Source: Archaeoglobi archaeon JdFR-42
GTDB taxonomy: Archaea; Halobacteriota; Archaeoglobi; Archaeoglobales; JdFR-42
Length of the DNA: 64,000 nucleotides
Assembly (NCBI GenBank): GCA_002010305.1
Contig: MTND01000018.1
Coordinates: 69,795-133,794 of the forward strand
Reading direction: 5' to 3'
Shown: positions 49,490 to 58,852 of the stretch, in pieces
How positions within the stretch are numbered: the stretch's first letter is position 1
How the letters are laid out: each line of letters starts with the position of its first letter
Made by a program: the position numbers and the translations under genes
The notes under the pieces: model-generated
What the model was told of the DNA's origin: nothing
Databases searched by the model: none
Seen by the model: the letters and a program-made list of their open reading frames with translations, nothing else

Positions 49490-49843
49490 TTGTTCATGGA
49501 TGAGACGGAGAAAAGAATTCTTCAGCATCTCTGCAATGTTCATTCGTATAAAATTCTGGTGGCCCTCATGAAACATGAAATGTCTGCCAGTGAATTGAGT
49601 GAACACTGTAATATCCCTCTCCAGACTGTATACAGATTGCTTAAACAGCTTGAGGACGATAAACTCGTCAAAATTATTAGAATGAAACTAGACGATCGTG
49701 GCCACCATTACAGAATATTTAAAGCCAACATCAGCAAAATCCTCGTCATGCTGGATGGAAATGGTCTTGAAGTTAAACTAATTGAAGAGGACAAGGCAGA
49801 TCGTCTTGCCTCTATGTGGAAAAGCCTTAAAGAGGTGAGATAA
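49490..49843 (+). CDS. ArsR/TrmB-like winged helix-turn-helix transcriptional regulator
   Basis: KILVALMKHEMSASELSEHCNIPLQTVYRLLKQLEDDKLVKII is an HTH plus wing pattern. TTG 49490 per the track. ATG at 49496 is more likely the start. Confidence 0.7.
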   Translation: MFMDETEKRILQHLCNVHSYKILVALMKHEMSASELSEHCNIPLQTVYRLLKQLEDDKLVKIIRMKLDDRGHHYRIFKANISKILVMLDGNGLEVKLIEEDKADRLASMWKSLKEVR

Positions 49844-50125
49844 GTGACCCATTCTCCTATGCACATAATACTGATGATATTCAAAATCGTAAGTTTCCTC
49901 ATTGGAGTCTACATAGCCTTATTGAGCTATCGTTCCTACGTTAAAAAATCTGATCCATCTCTTCTATATTTAGGAGCAGGGTTTGCAGTCATTTCATTTG
50001 CTGTTATCATAGAGGGGATTATCTATGAAGTACTCCTTCAAAGCCTAGTCACAGCACATACCATTCAAAGTGTTATGTTTACTGCTGGAATGATCCTCAT
50101 TTATCTCTCTTTACGATCTAGATGA
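49844..50125 (+). CDS. Small three-TM membrane protein co-transcribed with the regulator
   Basis: GTG start immediately after the regulator's TAA. Three hydrophobic helices. 93 aa. Confidence 0.5.
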   Translation: MTHSPMHIILMIFKIVSFLIGVYIALLSYRSYVKKSDPSLLYLGAGFAVISFAVIIEGIIYEVLLQSLVTAHTIQSVMFTAGMILIYLSLRSR

Positions 50126-50127
50126 CA

Positions 50128-51132
50128 TCAAAAGTATCTTTCCAGTTTTTTTGCTACTTCTTCTGGAGTTGAGCTAGCATATCCCTCATCATGGAGCTTC
50201 GTTAGAAAGAAACAGTCATTCCAGTAATACTTATCAAGATTACTCCTCGCAACTATGTCGATTATGGTGGCAAACCCCTGTGGTTCCTTTAACGGTGGAA
50301 TTAGAATGGCAAAGTTAAAAGAATTATAACCAGACTCCTTATACGCTCTCAAAACCCGAGTAATACCTTCTGATAAATTTAAAAATTCTCCTTTACTGAA
50401 ATCTATAAAATTTTTTGGAGATATCCCTGTCACATGGTCGAAGCCTCTAGGAGCGAAGGCTGTAATCCAGGTAAAGATGTCTGTCCTACCAATAAGCCTT
50501 GGTCCATTTTGCTCTTGTTCCACCAGTATCTCCCAGTAACTCCTGCCATACTCCTGATAAAACTTCTTTCCTGCCTCAAAAACTCTTCTATGGTAATCAG
50601 TGGGAATCCCTGAGATCATAACCTGAATATGAGGGTGTACAATGCTGCTACCAGCAGATTTCAGGTAATTCATATTAATACTGGCATAGTTTGCTTTTTC
50701 ATCTACTCTTTTTGCCATGGAAATGTAATCCTGGATTACTTCAAAGGCATCAATGAAATGTTTTGGGGTGAATTCATCTAAAGAGAGATAGTGGGGATTC
50801 GTAATTCTTACAACAAGAGAGTGAGACGAATAGGGAGAAATGTTTGGGAATAGAATAGCCTCTCCTTTTTCAAGCCTTCCTTCTGAAAGGATTCTAGTAT
50901 CCTTCGTTGCTACTTTATAAATATTCTCTGGACAAAAAGGACAAAAACCCTTTTTCTCAACTTCTTCGAGAATATCCGGGTCTTGAGATATGGGGAGTGG
51001 TTTTTTCACTATGCGGGAAGTTTTTTTGGTGAGGGGATCAAACCGGATTTCTATTTCAAGTTCTTCTTCTCTGCCTTCGACTAGATTGAAGAATCTGCTT
51101 CTTTCCCTTTCTATTCTGAATTCGATTGACAT
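50128..51132 (-). CDS. GalT-like HIT-superfamily nucleotidyltransferase (galactose-1-phosphate uridylyltransferase family)
   Basis: CPFCPEN zinc motif and VHPHIQV (H-phi-H-phi-Q active-site motif). Confidence 0.7.
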   Translation of the reverse strand: MSIEFRIERERSRFFNLVEGREEELEIEIRFDPLTKKTSRIVKKPLPISQDPDILEEVEKKGFCPFCPENIYKVATKDTRILSEGRLEKGEAILFPNISPYSSHSLVVRITNPHYLSLDEFTPKHFIDAFEVIQDYISMAKRVDEKANYASINMNYLKSAGSSIVHPHIQVMISGIPTDYHRRVFEAGKKFYQEYGRSYWEILVEQEQNGPRLIGRTDIFTWITAFAPRGFDHVTGISPKNFIDFSKGEFLNLSEGITRVLRAYKESGYNSFNFAILIPPLKEPQGFATIIDIVARSNLDKYYWNDCFFLTKLHDEGYASSTPEEVAKKLERYF

Positions 51133-51281
51133 GGAAATAACCTCACGAACTTAAGGCAATTTCAGGACTGATGCATATGATCTGGGTATTTTATTTAATG
51201 TTATCTTCACTTGTAAATTAAAAAATAAATCTGGCAATATATCATTAACTGTTCAACTATTTCAGATCATATTTAAAATAG

Positions 51282-51353
51282 TGGACCGGTGGGGATTTGA
51301 ACCCCAGGCCTCCACCATGCCAAGGTGGCGATCTACCCCTGATCTACCGGCCC
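51282..51353 (-). tRNA. tRNA-Ala (anticodon GGC)
   Basis: Hand-folded from the reverse complement GGGCCGG-TA-GATC-AGGGGTA-GATC-G-CCACC-TTGGCAT-GGTGG-AGGCC-TGGGG-TTCAAAT-CCCCA-CCGGTCC-A. Has the G3:U70 pair typical of tRNA-Ala. A TTATAT box lies ~31 nt upstream (51379-51384). Confidence 0.9.
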
Positions 51354-51829
51354 GTCCTGTATCCACCACATCCAGAAGATATAATGGATTTCACATGTTA
51401 GATGAAACGAACGGCCTTCAAACCACTTGATAGGGGATTTCAGAGGCGACTACCTCATCTCTCCGAAATTCCGGCATTTAACTTGAAGGTTGTCCTATAT
51501 TTATTTTTTGGTATACTGTTGCTTCGTCCATTTCTCAATCTTCCTTTGGTTTTCAAAAGTTATTCAATGTAATGAACTACATGAGTGTTATATTCTACAC
51601 AGCTTGACAGAAGTACGTAAAATAGTATCAGTGAAATAATAAGAATACGGTATGAGATCGCTTTCTGATGAATTTCCAACATACCGACAACAAGAACCCT
51701 ATAGGGACGGGAGACTCCTCTTGCATTAGCTCATTATGAGCTTTTTTATTGTCAAGGATTACGTTAAGAGACCTTTATTCCCTTCATAGACATCCTAATC
51801 ACATATATTTATGACGTGCCGAACTGGCC

Positions 51830-52261
51830 CTAAACCCGATATTTTCCTCTAATCAAACTCCGATTCTGAGTCAATACTATAGTATTTCTATTCCATTTTT
51901 CCTGAAACAATCTCTCAAATTCTTCAAGCTCTTCCAGTACATCTCTATACTCCACACCATACCTCTCTGCATAATCGATTATATCATCTAGTGAGATTTT
52001 TAGCATCTCAACAATCAGCTCGTATTTATTCTCTAGTTCTATCCTATTCTCAGAAAGTGGATCCAATGGATTTAGAGCATAATAATAAGTAGGTATACCC
52101 TGGAGTTCACATATTTTCTTCAACTCATCTAGTTCAAACCTCATTAAAAGTTCAATCTTCATTTTTTCTAATTTTTTTGCATGCTTATATTTTTTAACTG
52201 CTAAATCTTTCAGGTTTTTTACTTTGCCTTCTACTTTTCTTAGAGAATCGAAAAGCACCAT
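51830..52261 (-). CDS. Hypothetical coiled-coil-rich protein
   Basis: 143-aa ORF isolated between two long AT-rich spacers. K/E-rich heptad-like sequence. No recognisable motif. Confidence 0.4.
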   Translation of the reverse strand: MVLFDSLRKVEGKVKNLKDLAVKKYKHAKKLEKMKIELLMRFELDELKKICELQGIPTYYYALNPLDPLSENRIELENKYELIVEMLKISLDDIIDYAERYGVEYRDVLEELEEFERLFQEKWNRNTIVLTQNRSLIRGKYRV

Positions 52262-52609
52262 AATACCCCCTTCCCCCTGATTCCACTCAATAAGTAAAAC
52301 TCAAGATGACTTTCCTTTATCTCATTAAAAAGTTCCGGCATTCTCTCCTGGGAGATATGGCTAAAATGCTATATAATTCTTCTCCTAATCTATTTTTCAT
52401 TCCTTCTATACTAGCATAACCAATTTTCAAGTTGGGACCAAGGGTATGAGTTAGATGACCATGTCGATGTAATTTGATGAATTGTAAAATATAGCTACAC
52501 TTTCAATGGTAAACGGCTTAACCAACAACCTATCAGGAATTACTCTATAACACATCATTCTACCACTCACAGAAAGACTTAAATTAAATTGATGAGAGTT
52601 GGAGAGAAA

Positions 52610-52993
52610 ATGAAATCAAAATATGATAATTTTTTAAAGCAGGATAGATTTAGAGAGTTGTTAGGTGTTGAGGTAATCGAGATTAGGGATTACTACGCAA
52701 AAGTTAAGGGAGTTGTCAAAAAAGAACATCTCAATTTTTACAACGTATGTCATGGCGCATTTATAACAGCACTAACAGATTTTGCCTTTGCAATTGCCGG
52801 AAATACAGATGGGAAGAAGAGAATGGCCATATATATTAAAACTGAATTCTACAAACCAGTCTTTGAAGGAGATGAACTAATCGCAGAGGCTAAAAGAATA
52901 ACAGGGAATAAAATCGCCTTTTTTGAAGTGAGAGTTCATAGAGAGGATGAGCTTGTTGCAAGGGGAGAGGGGATTGGGTACAGAATGGACTAA
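52610..52993 (+). CDS. Hotdog-fold thioesterase (PaaI/YbdB-like)
   Basis: NFYNVCHGAFITALTDFAFAIAG and ELIAEAKRITGNKIAFFEVRV fit the PaaI-type pattern. ATG 52610 is preceded by GGAG. Confidence 0.7.
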   Translation: MKSKYDNFLKQDRFRELLGVEVIEIRDYYAKVKGVVKKEHLNFYNVCHGAFITALTDFAFAIAGNTDGKKRMAIYIKTEFYKPVFEGDELIAEAKRITGNKIAFFEVRVHREDELVARGEGIGYRMD

Positions 52994-53061
52994 AAACGAA
53001 AAGAGATGACATACATCAAAAAAGGTTAAAAAATGTTAATCGGGGATTTGATAAAACTGAG

Positions 53062-53883
53062 TCAGTAAATTTTCCTTATCTTGCTCCTCATCTTTTCATA
53101 AAAACTCATACCCAGATTAACAAAAAGAGCGGGTGAGTCAGATTTCCCCACAATAACCTTCTGGTTCGGATATATTTTCCTGGAGACTTGACCATCCACA
53201 GCAATTATAGCCTCTCTACTCCTTTTCTCCATGGTAAACTCGATCTTCGAATTACCAGGGAGCACCCATGGTCTTGCACTTAGCTTGAAAGGTGCCATAG
53301 GCACCATTATTATAGAATCCATGGAAGGCTCAACAATAGGCCCTCCTGAACTCATAGCATAAGCAGTTGACCCGGTAGGTGTTGCAAAAATTATGCCATC
53401 TGCCCTGAAATGATCCAGCATCTCTCCATTAACACGAATATTAAAGCTGAGCATCTTTGCAGGTTTGGCGGTTACAATAACCACTTCATTCATAGAGGCT
53501 GGGAAGGTCACATCATCCACCATAACCTCAATTCTAGTGTGCTTTTCAATGGTGAAATCTCCTCTCAAAATTTTCCTCAAAGCTTTTTCCCAGTAGTTTC
53601 CACCAATTTCAGTCAGAAACCCTATGTCCCCGGTATTCACACCAAGTATCGGGACTGGTTCATCCAAGAGATGGAGTGTTCTTAGAATGGTTCCATCCCC
53701 ACCGACAACCACCAAGAGATCTGAATCAGCCAGCCTGAATTTGATCTTTTCTCCCACCAGATGGGATAACTCTCTTGAAACTGTAACCTTAACGCAATCT
53801 TTAAGATACCAGTATATCTGCTCACTTAATTTAAGAGATGCTCTATCTCTCCTCGATATTATCCCAATTCTTTTAACCTTCAT
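53062..53883 (-). CDS. nadK: NAD kinase
   Basis: DLLVVVGGDGTILR GGDGT motif and ADGIIFATPTGSTAYAMSSGGPIV. Confidence 0.9.
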   Translation of the reverse strand: MKVKRIGIISRRDRASLKLSEQIYWYLKDCVKVTVSRELSHLVGEKIKFRLADSDLLVVVGGDGTILRTLHLLDEPVPILGVNTGDIGFLTEIGGNYWEKALRKILRGDFTIEKHTRIEVMVDDVTFPASMNEVVIVTAKPAKMLSFNIRVNGEMLDHFRADGIIFATPTGSTAYAMSSGGPIVEPSMDSIIMVPMAPFKLSARPWVLPGNSKIEFTMEKRSREAIIAVDGQVSRKIYPNQKVIVGKSDSPALFVNLGMSFYEKMRSKIRKIY

Positions 53884-54655
53884 TCAAAGCCTCCACCAGA
53901 GAGTCATGAAGCAACTCATTAGAAGCCACAATATTAATCCTTTCACCTATGGATATGCCGTTATCCACTTCTTGCCCTTTTTCTTTAGATACTTTACCTC
54001 CTGCACTGGATACCATCAGGATTCCGGCTGCCACATCAAAGACTCTCAGAGAATTTCTACAATCTACAAAAGCATCCATCTTACCTTCAGCAACAAGACA
54101 CAACTCAAGAGATGCGCAACCCAGCAAACGAGTTCTTTTTATTCTGTCAACAATTTTCCAGTCATCTCCACCATAATAAATCACATTCGCTCTAGACAGT
54201 TCTCGCTCTCTAGAAACTTTCAGAGGTCTGCCGTTTTTGAAGGCCCCTTCTCTTGTTGCATAATATTCATTTTCCCCACTGAGGTCAAATATATATCCAA
54301 AAAAAATGTCCTTCATGCTATTTGATGTAGAAAAAGCCATTGAAATAGAATAAAACGGTATGTTTCGCAAGGAATTAAAGGTCCCATCGATTGGATCAAG
54401 AGCGAGAACATATTCATAATCATCAGAAATGGGCACTTCTCCTGCTTCTTCACTAATGACTTTAACCGGTAGATCTTTTTCATATAGAATGTCCAGAATG
54501 ACCTCCTCTGCTATCATATCAATCTTTCTTGTGGGAGTTCCATCTGCTCCCATCCTCACCACTGCTTCACCCTCATTTCTTTCCACAAGGTAATCCACCT
54601 CGTATTTCACAAAATGAGATATCTCCCGGGCGATCCTCAGCAGCTCTTTGATCAT
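53873..54655 (-). CDS. Inositol monophosphatase/FBPase-family phosphatase (archaeal NADP phosphatase-like)
   Basis: EEAGE...LALDPIDGTFN and the C-terminal motif VFDVAAG. Overlaps nadK by 11 nt. Confidence 0.8.
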   Translation of the reverse strand: MIKELLRIAREISHFVKYEVDYLVERNEGEAVVRMGADGTPTRKIDMIAEEVILDILYEKDLPVKVISEEAGEVPISDDYEYVLALDPIDGTFNSLRNIPFYSISMAFSTSNSMKDIFFGYIFDLSGENEYYATREGAFKNGRPLKVSRERELSRANVIYYGGDDWKIVDRIKRTRLLGCASLELCLVAEGKMDAFVDCRNSLRVFDVAAGILMVSSAGGKVSKEKGQEVDNGISIGERINIVASNELLHDSLVEALNEG

Positions 54656-54713
54656 CTTTACTGAATAGCATTCTCCCCTATTAAAATTTTATTACATTCC
54701 ATTAAACACGAGT

Positions 54714-56486
54714 TCATTCCTGAGAAACTTTCTCAAGGGGATAATAAAACTCTCCAGTCTCTTTCTGTACTCTATCCAGTCTGGAACCAAGTTTGTTAAC
54801 CCTAGGACGCTTGGTGTCTTCATCTCTCCTAAAAGTTATACCCATATTTCTGAGGAAAAGATTCATTCCCTCTCTCATCTCAAATGGCCCCATCACCCTG
54901 CCGTCTCTACCAGGAGTTCCTGAAAATACAAGCAATCGATCACTCAATAGGTCAATCAGATAAACATCGTGATCCACAACCATGACACTTTTCTCCTGGC
55001 TCAGAGCAAACCTCCGGATTACTTTGGTTGCCATTACTCTCTGCTCCACATCAAGGTGTGCTGATGGTTCATCCAAGAGGTAAAGGTCTGCTTCCCTCAT
55101 CAAACAGGCTGCTATAGCTACTCGTTGCAACTCCCCTCCACTCAAATCCTGAAGGCTGGAATCCATTAGATCTGACAACTGGAGGGGTTTTACAAGTTCT
55201 GTCTGATAATAACTGGACCGGATCATTGGATTGATAGACTCGAGGAAAAGACCTACATTCGTATCGAGATCTGCCTTGATATACTGGGGTTTATATGAGA
55301 CCTTCAATTTAAGGTTCACCTTTCCTGTATCAGGCTCAGTTACACCTGCCAGAACTTTTACGAAAGTGCTTTTCCCTATAGCGTTAGGGCCCACAATGCC
55401 GAGAATTTCTCCTATTCGTATTTCACCACTTGTTGCATGGAGAGTAAAATTGCCATATGATTTTGTGAACTCTCCAAACTTTACGAGAGTTTCCAGCTCT
55501 ACATTTGCTCTTGGAGCAAGAACATTAAACTCAATGGGTTCACTTCTGATTCGTATATTTTCTTCAGGAAGATACCCTTCTAAATATTGATTAATACCAA
55601 CTCGTTCTCCTTTAATTTTAGTAATAACCCCAAATACTCCAGGAGTTCCATAAGCAATATGGACAAAATCCGCCACCATATCTAGGATGGCCAGATCATG
55701 TTCCACAATCAGGATAGGGGCACGTTTTCCGTAATCTTTTATGAGTTTTCCCACTTCAACTCTCTGATAAATATCCAAGTAGGACGAGATTTCATCAAGG
55801 AAATAGAAGTCAGCATTTTTTAACAGAGTTGCAGCTATTGCCACTCTCTGAAGCTCCCCTCCACTGAGGGTTTCTACCGAGTTTTCCATAGCATTTTCCA
55901 ATCCCATTCTTGAGGTTAACTCGTCCATTTCTCCAGTCTCATTAACTTTAGCGAGCAGTTCTTTAACAGTGCCCTTGACAGCTTTTGGAATGGCTTCCAC
56001 ATACTGAGGCTTATGAGAGGCAATAATGTTTCCATCAAACAGTTCTTTCATGTAATTGAGGAGTTCACTTCCAGCAAAATACTCCAATATTTCTTCTTCA
56101 CTGACTTCTTCTTTCCCTAGATTTGGTCTCATAAGTCCACTTAAAATCCGAACTGCAGTGGATTTACCTGTTCCGTTTGGTCCTATTAACCCAACTACGC
56201 TATCTCTTCTTGGCACAGGAAGACCATACAGGACAAATCCATTTTGGCCATAACGATGTATCTCCTTTCCTTCGAGTTGATCTGGCAATCCCACCACAAA
56301 TATAGCACTGAATGGACATTTTTTTACACATATCCCGCATCCAGAACATAGTTCCTCGGAAATAACAGCCTTATCTTCTATTACAATTGTCTCATCTCCA
56401 GTTCTCACCATAGGACAGTATTTAAGACATTCATGAGAGCAACGTTTTGGCTGACATTTTTCTTTTTTAAGAACAGCTATCCTCAT
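54714..56486 (-). CDS. abce1: ABCE1 (RNase L inhibitor homolog), ribosome-recycling ATPase
   Basis: N-terminal Fe-S domain (CPMVRTG...CSGCGICVKKCP). Two ABC cassettes (GPNGTGKST and GPNAIGKST, each with LSGGELQRVAIA). Start MRIAVL at 56486. Confidence 0.95.
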   Translation of the reverse strand: MRIAVLKKEKCQPKRCSHECLKYCPMVRTGDETIVIEDKAVISEELCSGCGICVKKCPFSAIFVVGLPDQLEGKEIHRYGQNGFVLYGLPVPRRDSVVGLIGPNGTGKSTAVRILSGLMRPNLGKEEVSEEEILEYFAGSELLNYMKELFDGNIIASHKPQYVEAIPKAVKGTVKELLAKVNETGEMDELTSRMGLENAMENSVETLSGGELQRVAIAATLLKNADFYFLDEISSYLDIYQRVEVGKLIKDYGKRAPILIVEHDLAILDMVADFVHIAYGTPGVFGVITKIKGERVGINQYLEGYLPEENIRIRSEPIEFNVLAPRANVELETLVKFGEFTKSYGNFTLHATSGEIRIGEILGIVGPNAIGKSTFVKVLAGVTEPDTGKVNLKLKVSYKPQYIKADLDTNVGLFLESINPMIRSSYYQTELVKPLQLSDLMDSSLQDLSGGELQRVAIAACLMREADLYLLDEPSAHLDVEQRVMATKVIRRFALSQEKSVMVVDHDVYLIDLLSDRLLVFSGTPGRDGRVMGPFEMREGMNLFLRNMGITFRRDEDTKRPRVNKLGSRLDRVQKETGEFYYPLEKVSQE

Positions 56487-56500
56487 AGCATCTACCCTTA

Positions 56501-56824
56501 TCAGGGATTTAGTAAAATAACCCAAGAAACATACCAGAGATCAAAGGTTATGAAACCCACATAAAACCAGTCTTTTCCACCCATTTCATCTGTTTTTACT
56601 CCAAACTTGCCAAGGAAATATTTCTGGATATATATGAAAAAGAAAAGAATCAGAATGGCAAAAACGTCCCGTGATCGTTCCTGGCCAGTCAAAGCAAATG
56701 AGATGGCACCAGCAATTATACCAAATACTGATGCAACAAAAGTTTTTATTATTCCTTCTCTATAGCGGATCTTCTTATCGACCTGTTCCTCTGCTTTATT
56801 GTTCCGCTCTTTCTCCTTACTCAT
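56501..56824 (-). CDS. Small two/three-TM membrane protein (hypothetical)
   Basis: 107 aa. Charged N-terminus followed by hydrophobic helices. Overlaps the extended ABCE1 ORF but not the preferred ABCE1 start. Confidence 0.45.
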   Translation of the reverse strand: MSKEKERNNKAEEQVDKKIRYREGIIKTFVASVFGIIAGAISFALTGQERSRDVFAILILFFFIYIQKYFLGKFGVKTDEMGGKDWFYVGFITFDLWYVSWVILLNP

Positions 56825-56875
56825 CTTGAGGGGATGATTACCTTGATATATGTAAACTTTTTCATTCCCTATGCT

Positions 56876-58852
56876 ATGAAAGAATCCATGTCCAACATCG
56901 ACATAAAAGCCATAATGTTTGAGCTTGAATTCTTGTCAGGGGGAAAAATTGAGAAGATCTACCACTACCCTCCGGACGAAATACGGATCCGGATATACGC
57001 AGGAACAAAGGTAGATCTGGTCATTGAAGCAGGAAAACGAATACACCTTACAAAATATCCCCGAATAAGTCCCAGATTCCCCTCTTCCTTCGCCATGCTT
57101 TTGAGAAAGTATATCCAGAATGGGAGAATAGAGAACATAAAGCAGTATGATTTCGACAGAATCGTTGATATAGAAATTTCCCGAAAGGATGCGAAATTCC
57201 ATTTGATATGTGAGCTATTCACTAAGGGTAACCTCATTTTGACCGATGAAAGTGGTATGATAATAATGCCCCTCAAAACATTAACATCCACAACGAGAAG
57301 GGTAAAACAACGAGAAGTATACACCTATCCTCCATCTCAGCCAGATCCTTTCAGCATGGGACTAGATGAACTACGAGATCTACTGAACTCTGAAAAGAGT
57401 ATTGTAAAGATACTGGCCACCAGAACTAACCTTGGGGGGATATATGCAGAAGAAATTTGTTTTAGGGCTGGCGTAGAAAAAACCAGAAAGGGGATTGAAC
57501 TGGATGAGAATGATATCGAGTCCATCTTAAGAGCCATTAATGAAGTATTCACTCCAATTAAATCGGGTGAATTCGATCCTGTAATCATTCTGGACAATGG
57601 CACCATGATCGATGCGCTGCCATTCCCTCTTGAGATATATCGAGATAAGGAGAAGAAGAAATTTCAGGATTTTAATGAAGCATTAGACGAGTATTTCAGC
57701 CGTCATATTCTTGAATCACTGGAAAAACATAGAGAAACAGATGTCGATTCTAGAGTTTTGCGCCTTGAACGGCGACTCGAATCTCAGAAAGAGGCTATGA
57801 AAAAATTTGAAAGAGAAGAGTCCCTTTATCAAAAAAAAGGAGATGCCATATACATACATTATACCTTATTAGAGAGAATACACAACGCGCTGAATGCTGC
57901 CCTCAAACAGAAATCATGGGAGGAGATTGCCCGGATTATAAAAGAAGAAAAGAGCACAGGGAATGAGATACTATCCCTGATTAAAGATATCGATCCCAAA
58001 CAATCCAGTGTCACTGTGGTTATAGATGGTATGGAGTTCATATTGAATCTCAAAAAAACTCTTCACCAGATAGCAGATCAATATTACAAACTTTCCAAGC
58101 GAGCAAGGAAGAAGAAAGAGGGGGTCATTCAAGCTATAAAAAACACAGAAAAAGAGATTGAAAAAGCAAAAGAGAGGATCGTAGAGGAGGTTTCAGTTCC
58201 CACTATCAAGATAAGGAGAAAAGTCAGCTGGTATGAAAAATACAGGTGGTTCAAATCCTCTGAAGGATTTATCGTTATTGGAGGAAGAAACGCATCCATG
58301 AATGAGGAGATCGTCACCAAGAGAATGGAGAAACACGACCTGTTTTTCCATACTCAATATCCGGGAGGCCCTGTGGTGGTGGTGAAAACCGAAGGAAAAG
58401 AGGTAGGAGATAAAACCATATTTGAGGCAGCACAGTTTGCAGTAAGTTATTCTTCCTTATGGAAAGGGGGAGTTTATGAGGGAGAATGTTATTATGTCTC
58501 ACCCCAACAGGTTTCAAAATCCCCAAAATCAGGAGAATATCTCCCCAAGGGCAGTTTCTATATCACTGGAAAAAGGAACTATCTCAGCGTTCCGGTGGGA
58601 GTTGCTGTTGGCGTGAACCTTGAAGAACAAAGAGTTATAGGGGGACCTCCATCAGCTATAGAGAAACATGCAGATTACTTGGTTAAACTCACAATAGGTT
58701 CCACAGGTCACAATGAACTTTCCAGGGCTATATCCAGATATCTGTACTCCATAGCAAAAGACGAGGATAAAATCGCAGTGAACTCTATATGCAAGTTCGA
58801 TAGCATTGCAAAATTCCTTCCACCTGGAAAATCAGATATGGTGGTTAAATGA
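56876..58852 (+). CDS. NFACT-family protein (archaeal Rqc2/NEMF/FbpA homolog)
   Basis: N-terminal NFACT-N pattern (IDIKAIMFELEFLSGGKIEKIY), a long coiled coil, and a C-terminal DUF814-like WFKSSEGFIVIGGRNASMNEEI...HTQYPGGPVVVVK. The start at 56876 is uncertain; 56834 and 56888 are alternatives. Confidence 0.85.
   Translation: MKESMSNIDIKAIMFELEFLSGGKIEKIYHYPPDEIRIRIYAGTKVDLVIEAGKRIHLTKYPRISPRFPSSFAMLLRKYIQNGRIENIKQYDFDRIVDIEISRKDAKFHLICELFTKGNLILTDESGMIIMPLKTLTSTTRRVKQREVYTYPPSQPDPFSMGLDELRDLLNSEKSIVKILATRTNLGGIYAEEICFRAGVEKTRKGIELDENDIESILRAINEVFTPIKSGEFDPVIILDNGTMIDALPFPLEIYRDKEKKKFQDFNEALDEYFSRHILESLEKHRETDVDSRVLRLERRLESQKEAMKKFEREESLYQKKGDAIYIHYTLLERIHNALNAALKQKSWEEIARIIKEEKSTGNEILSLIKDIDPKQSSVTVVIDGMEFILNLKKTLHQIADQYYKLSKRARKKKEGVIQAIKNTEKEIEKAKERIVEEVSVPTIKIRRKVSWYEKYRWFKSSEGFIVIGGRNASMNEEIVTKRMEKHDLFFHTQYPGGPVVVVKTEGKEVGDKTIFEAAQFAVSYSSLWKGGVYEGECYYVSPQQVSKSPKSGEYLPKGSFYITGKRNYLSVPVGVAVGVNLEEQRVIGGPPSAIEKHADYLVKLTIGSTGHNELSRAISRYLYSIAKDEDKIAVNSICKFDSIAKFLPPGKSDMVVK

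Noticed and set aside
51728-51747. AGCTCAT-T-ATGAGCT palindrome followed by TTTTT, resembling an intrinsic terminator on the plus strand.
   Set aside because: A 1-nt loop cannot form a hairpin, and no plus-strand gene ends upstream of it. It is probably a chance palindrome in AT-rich spacer.
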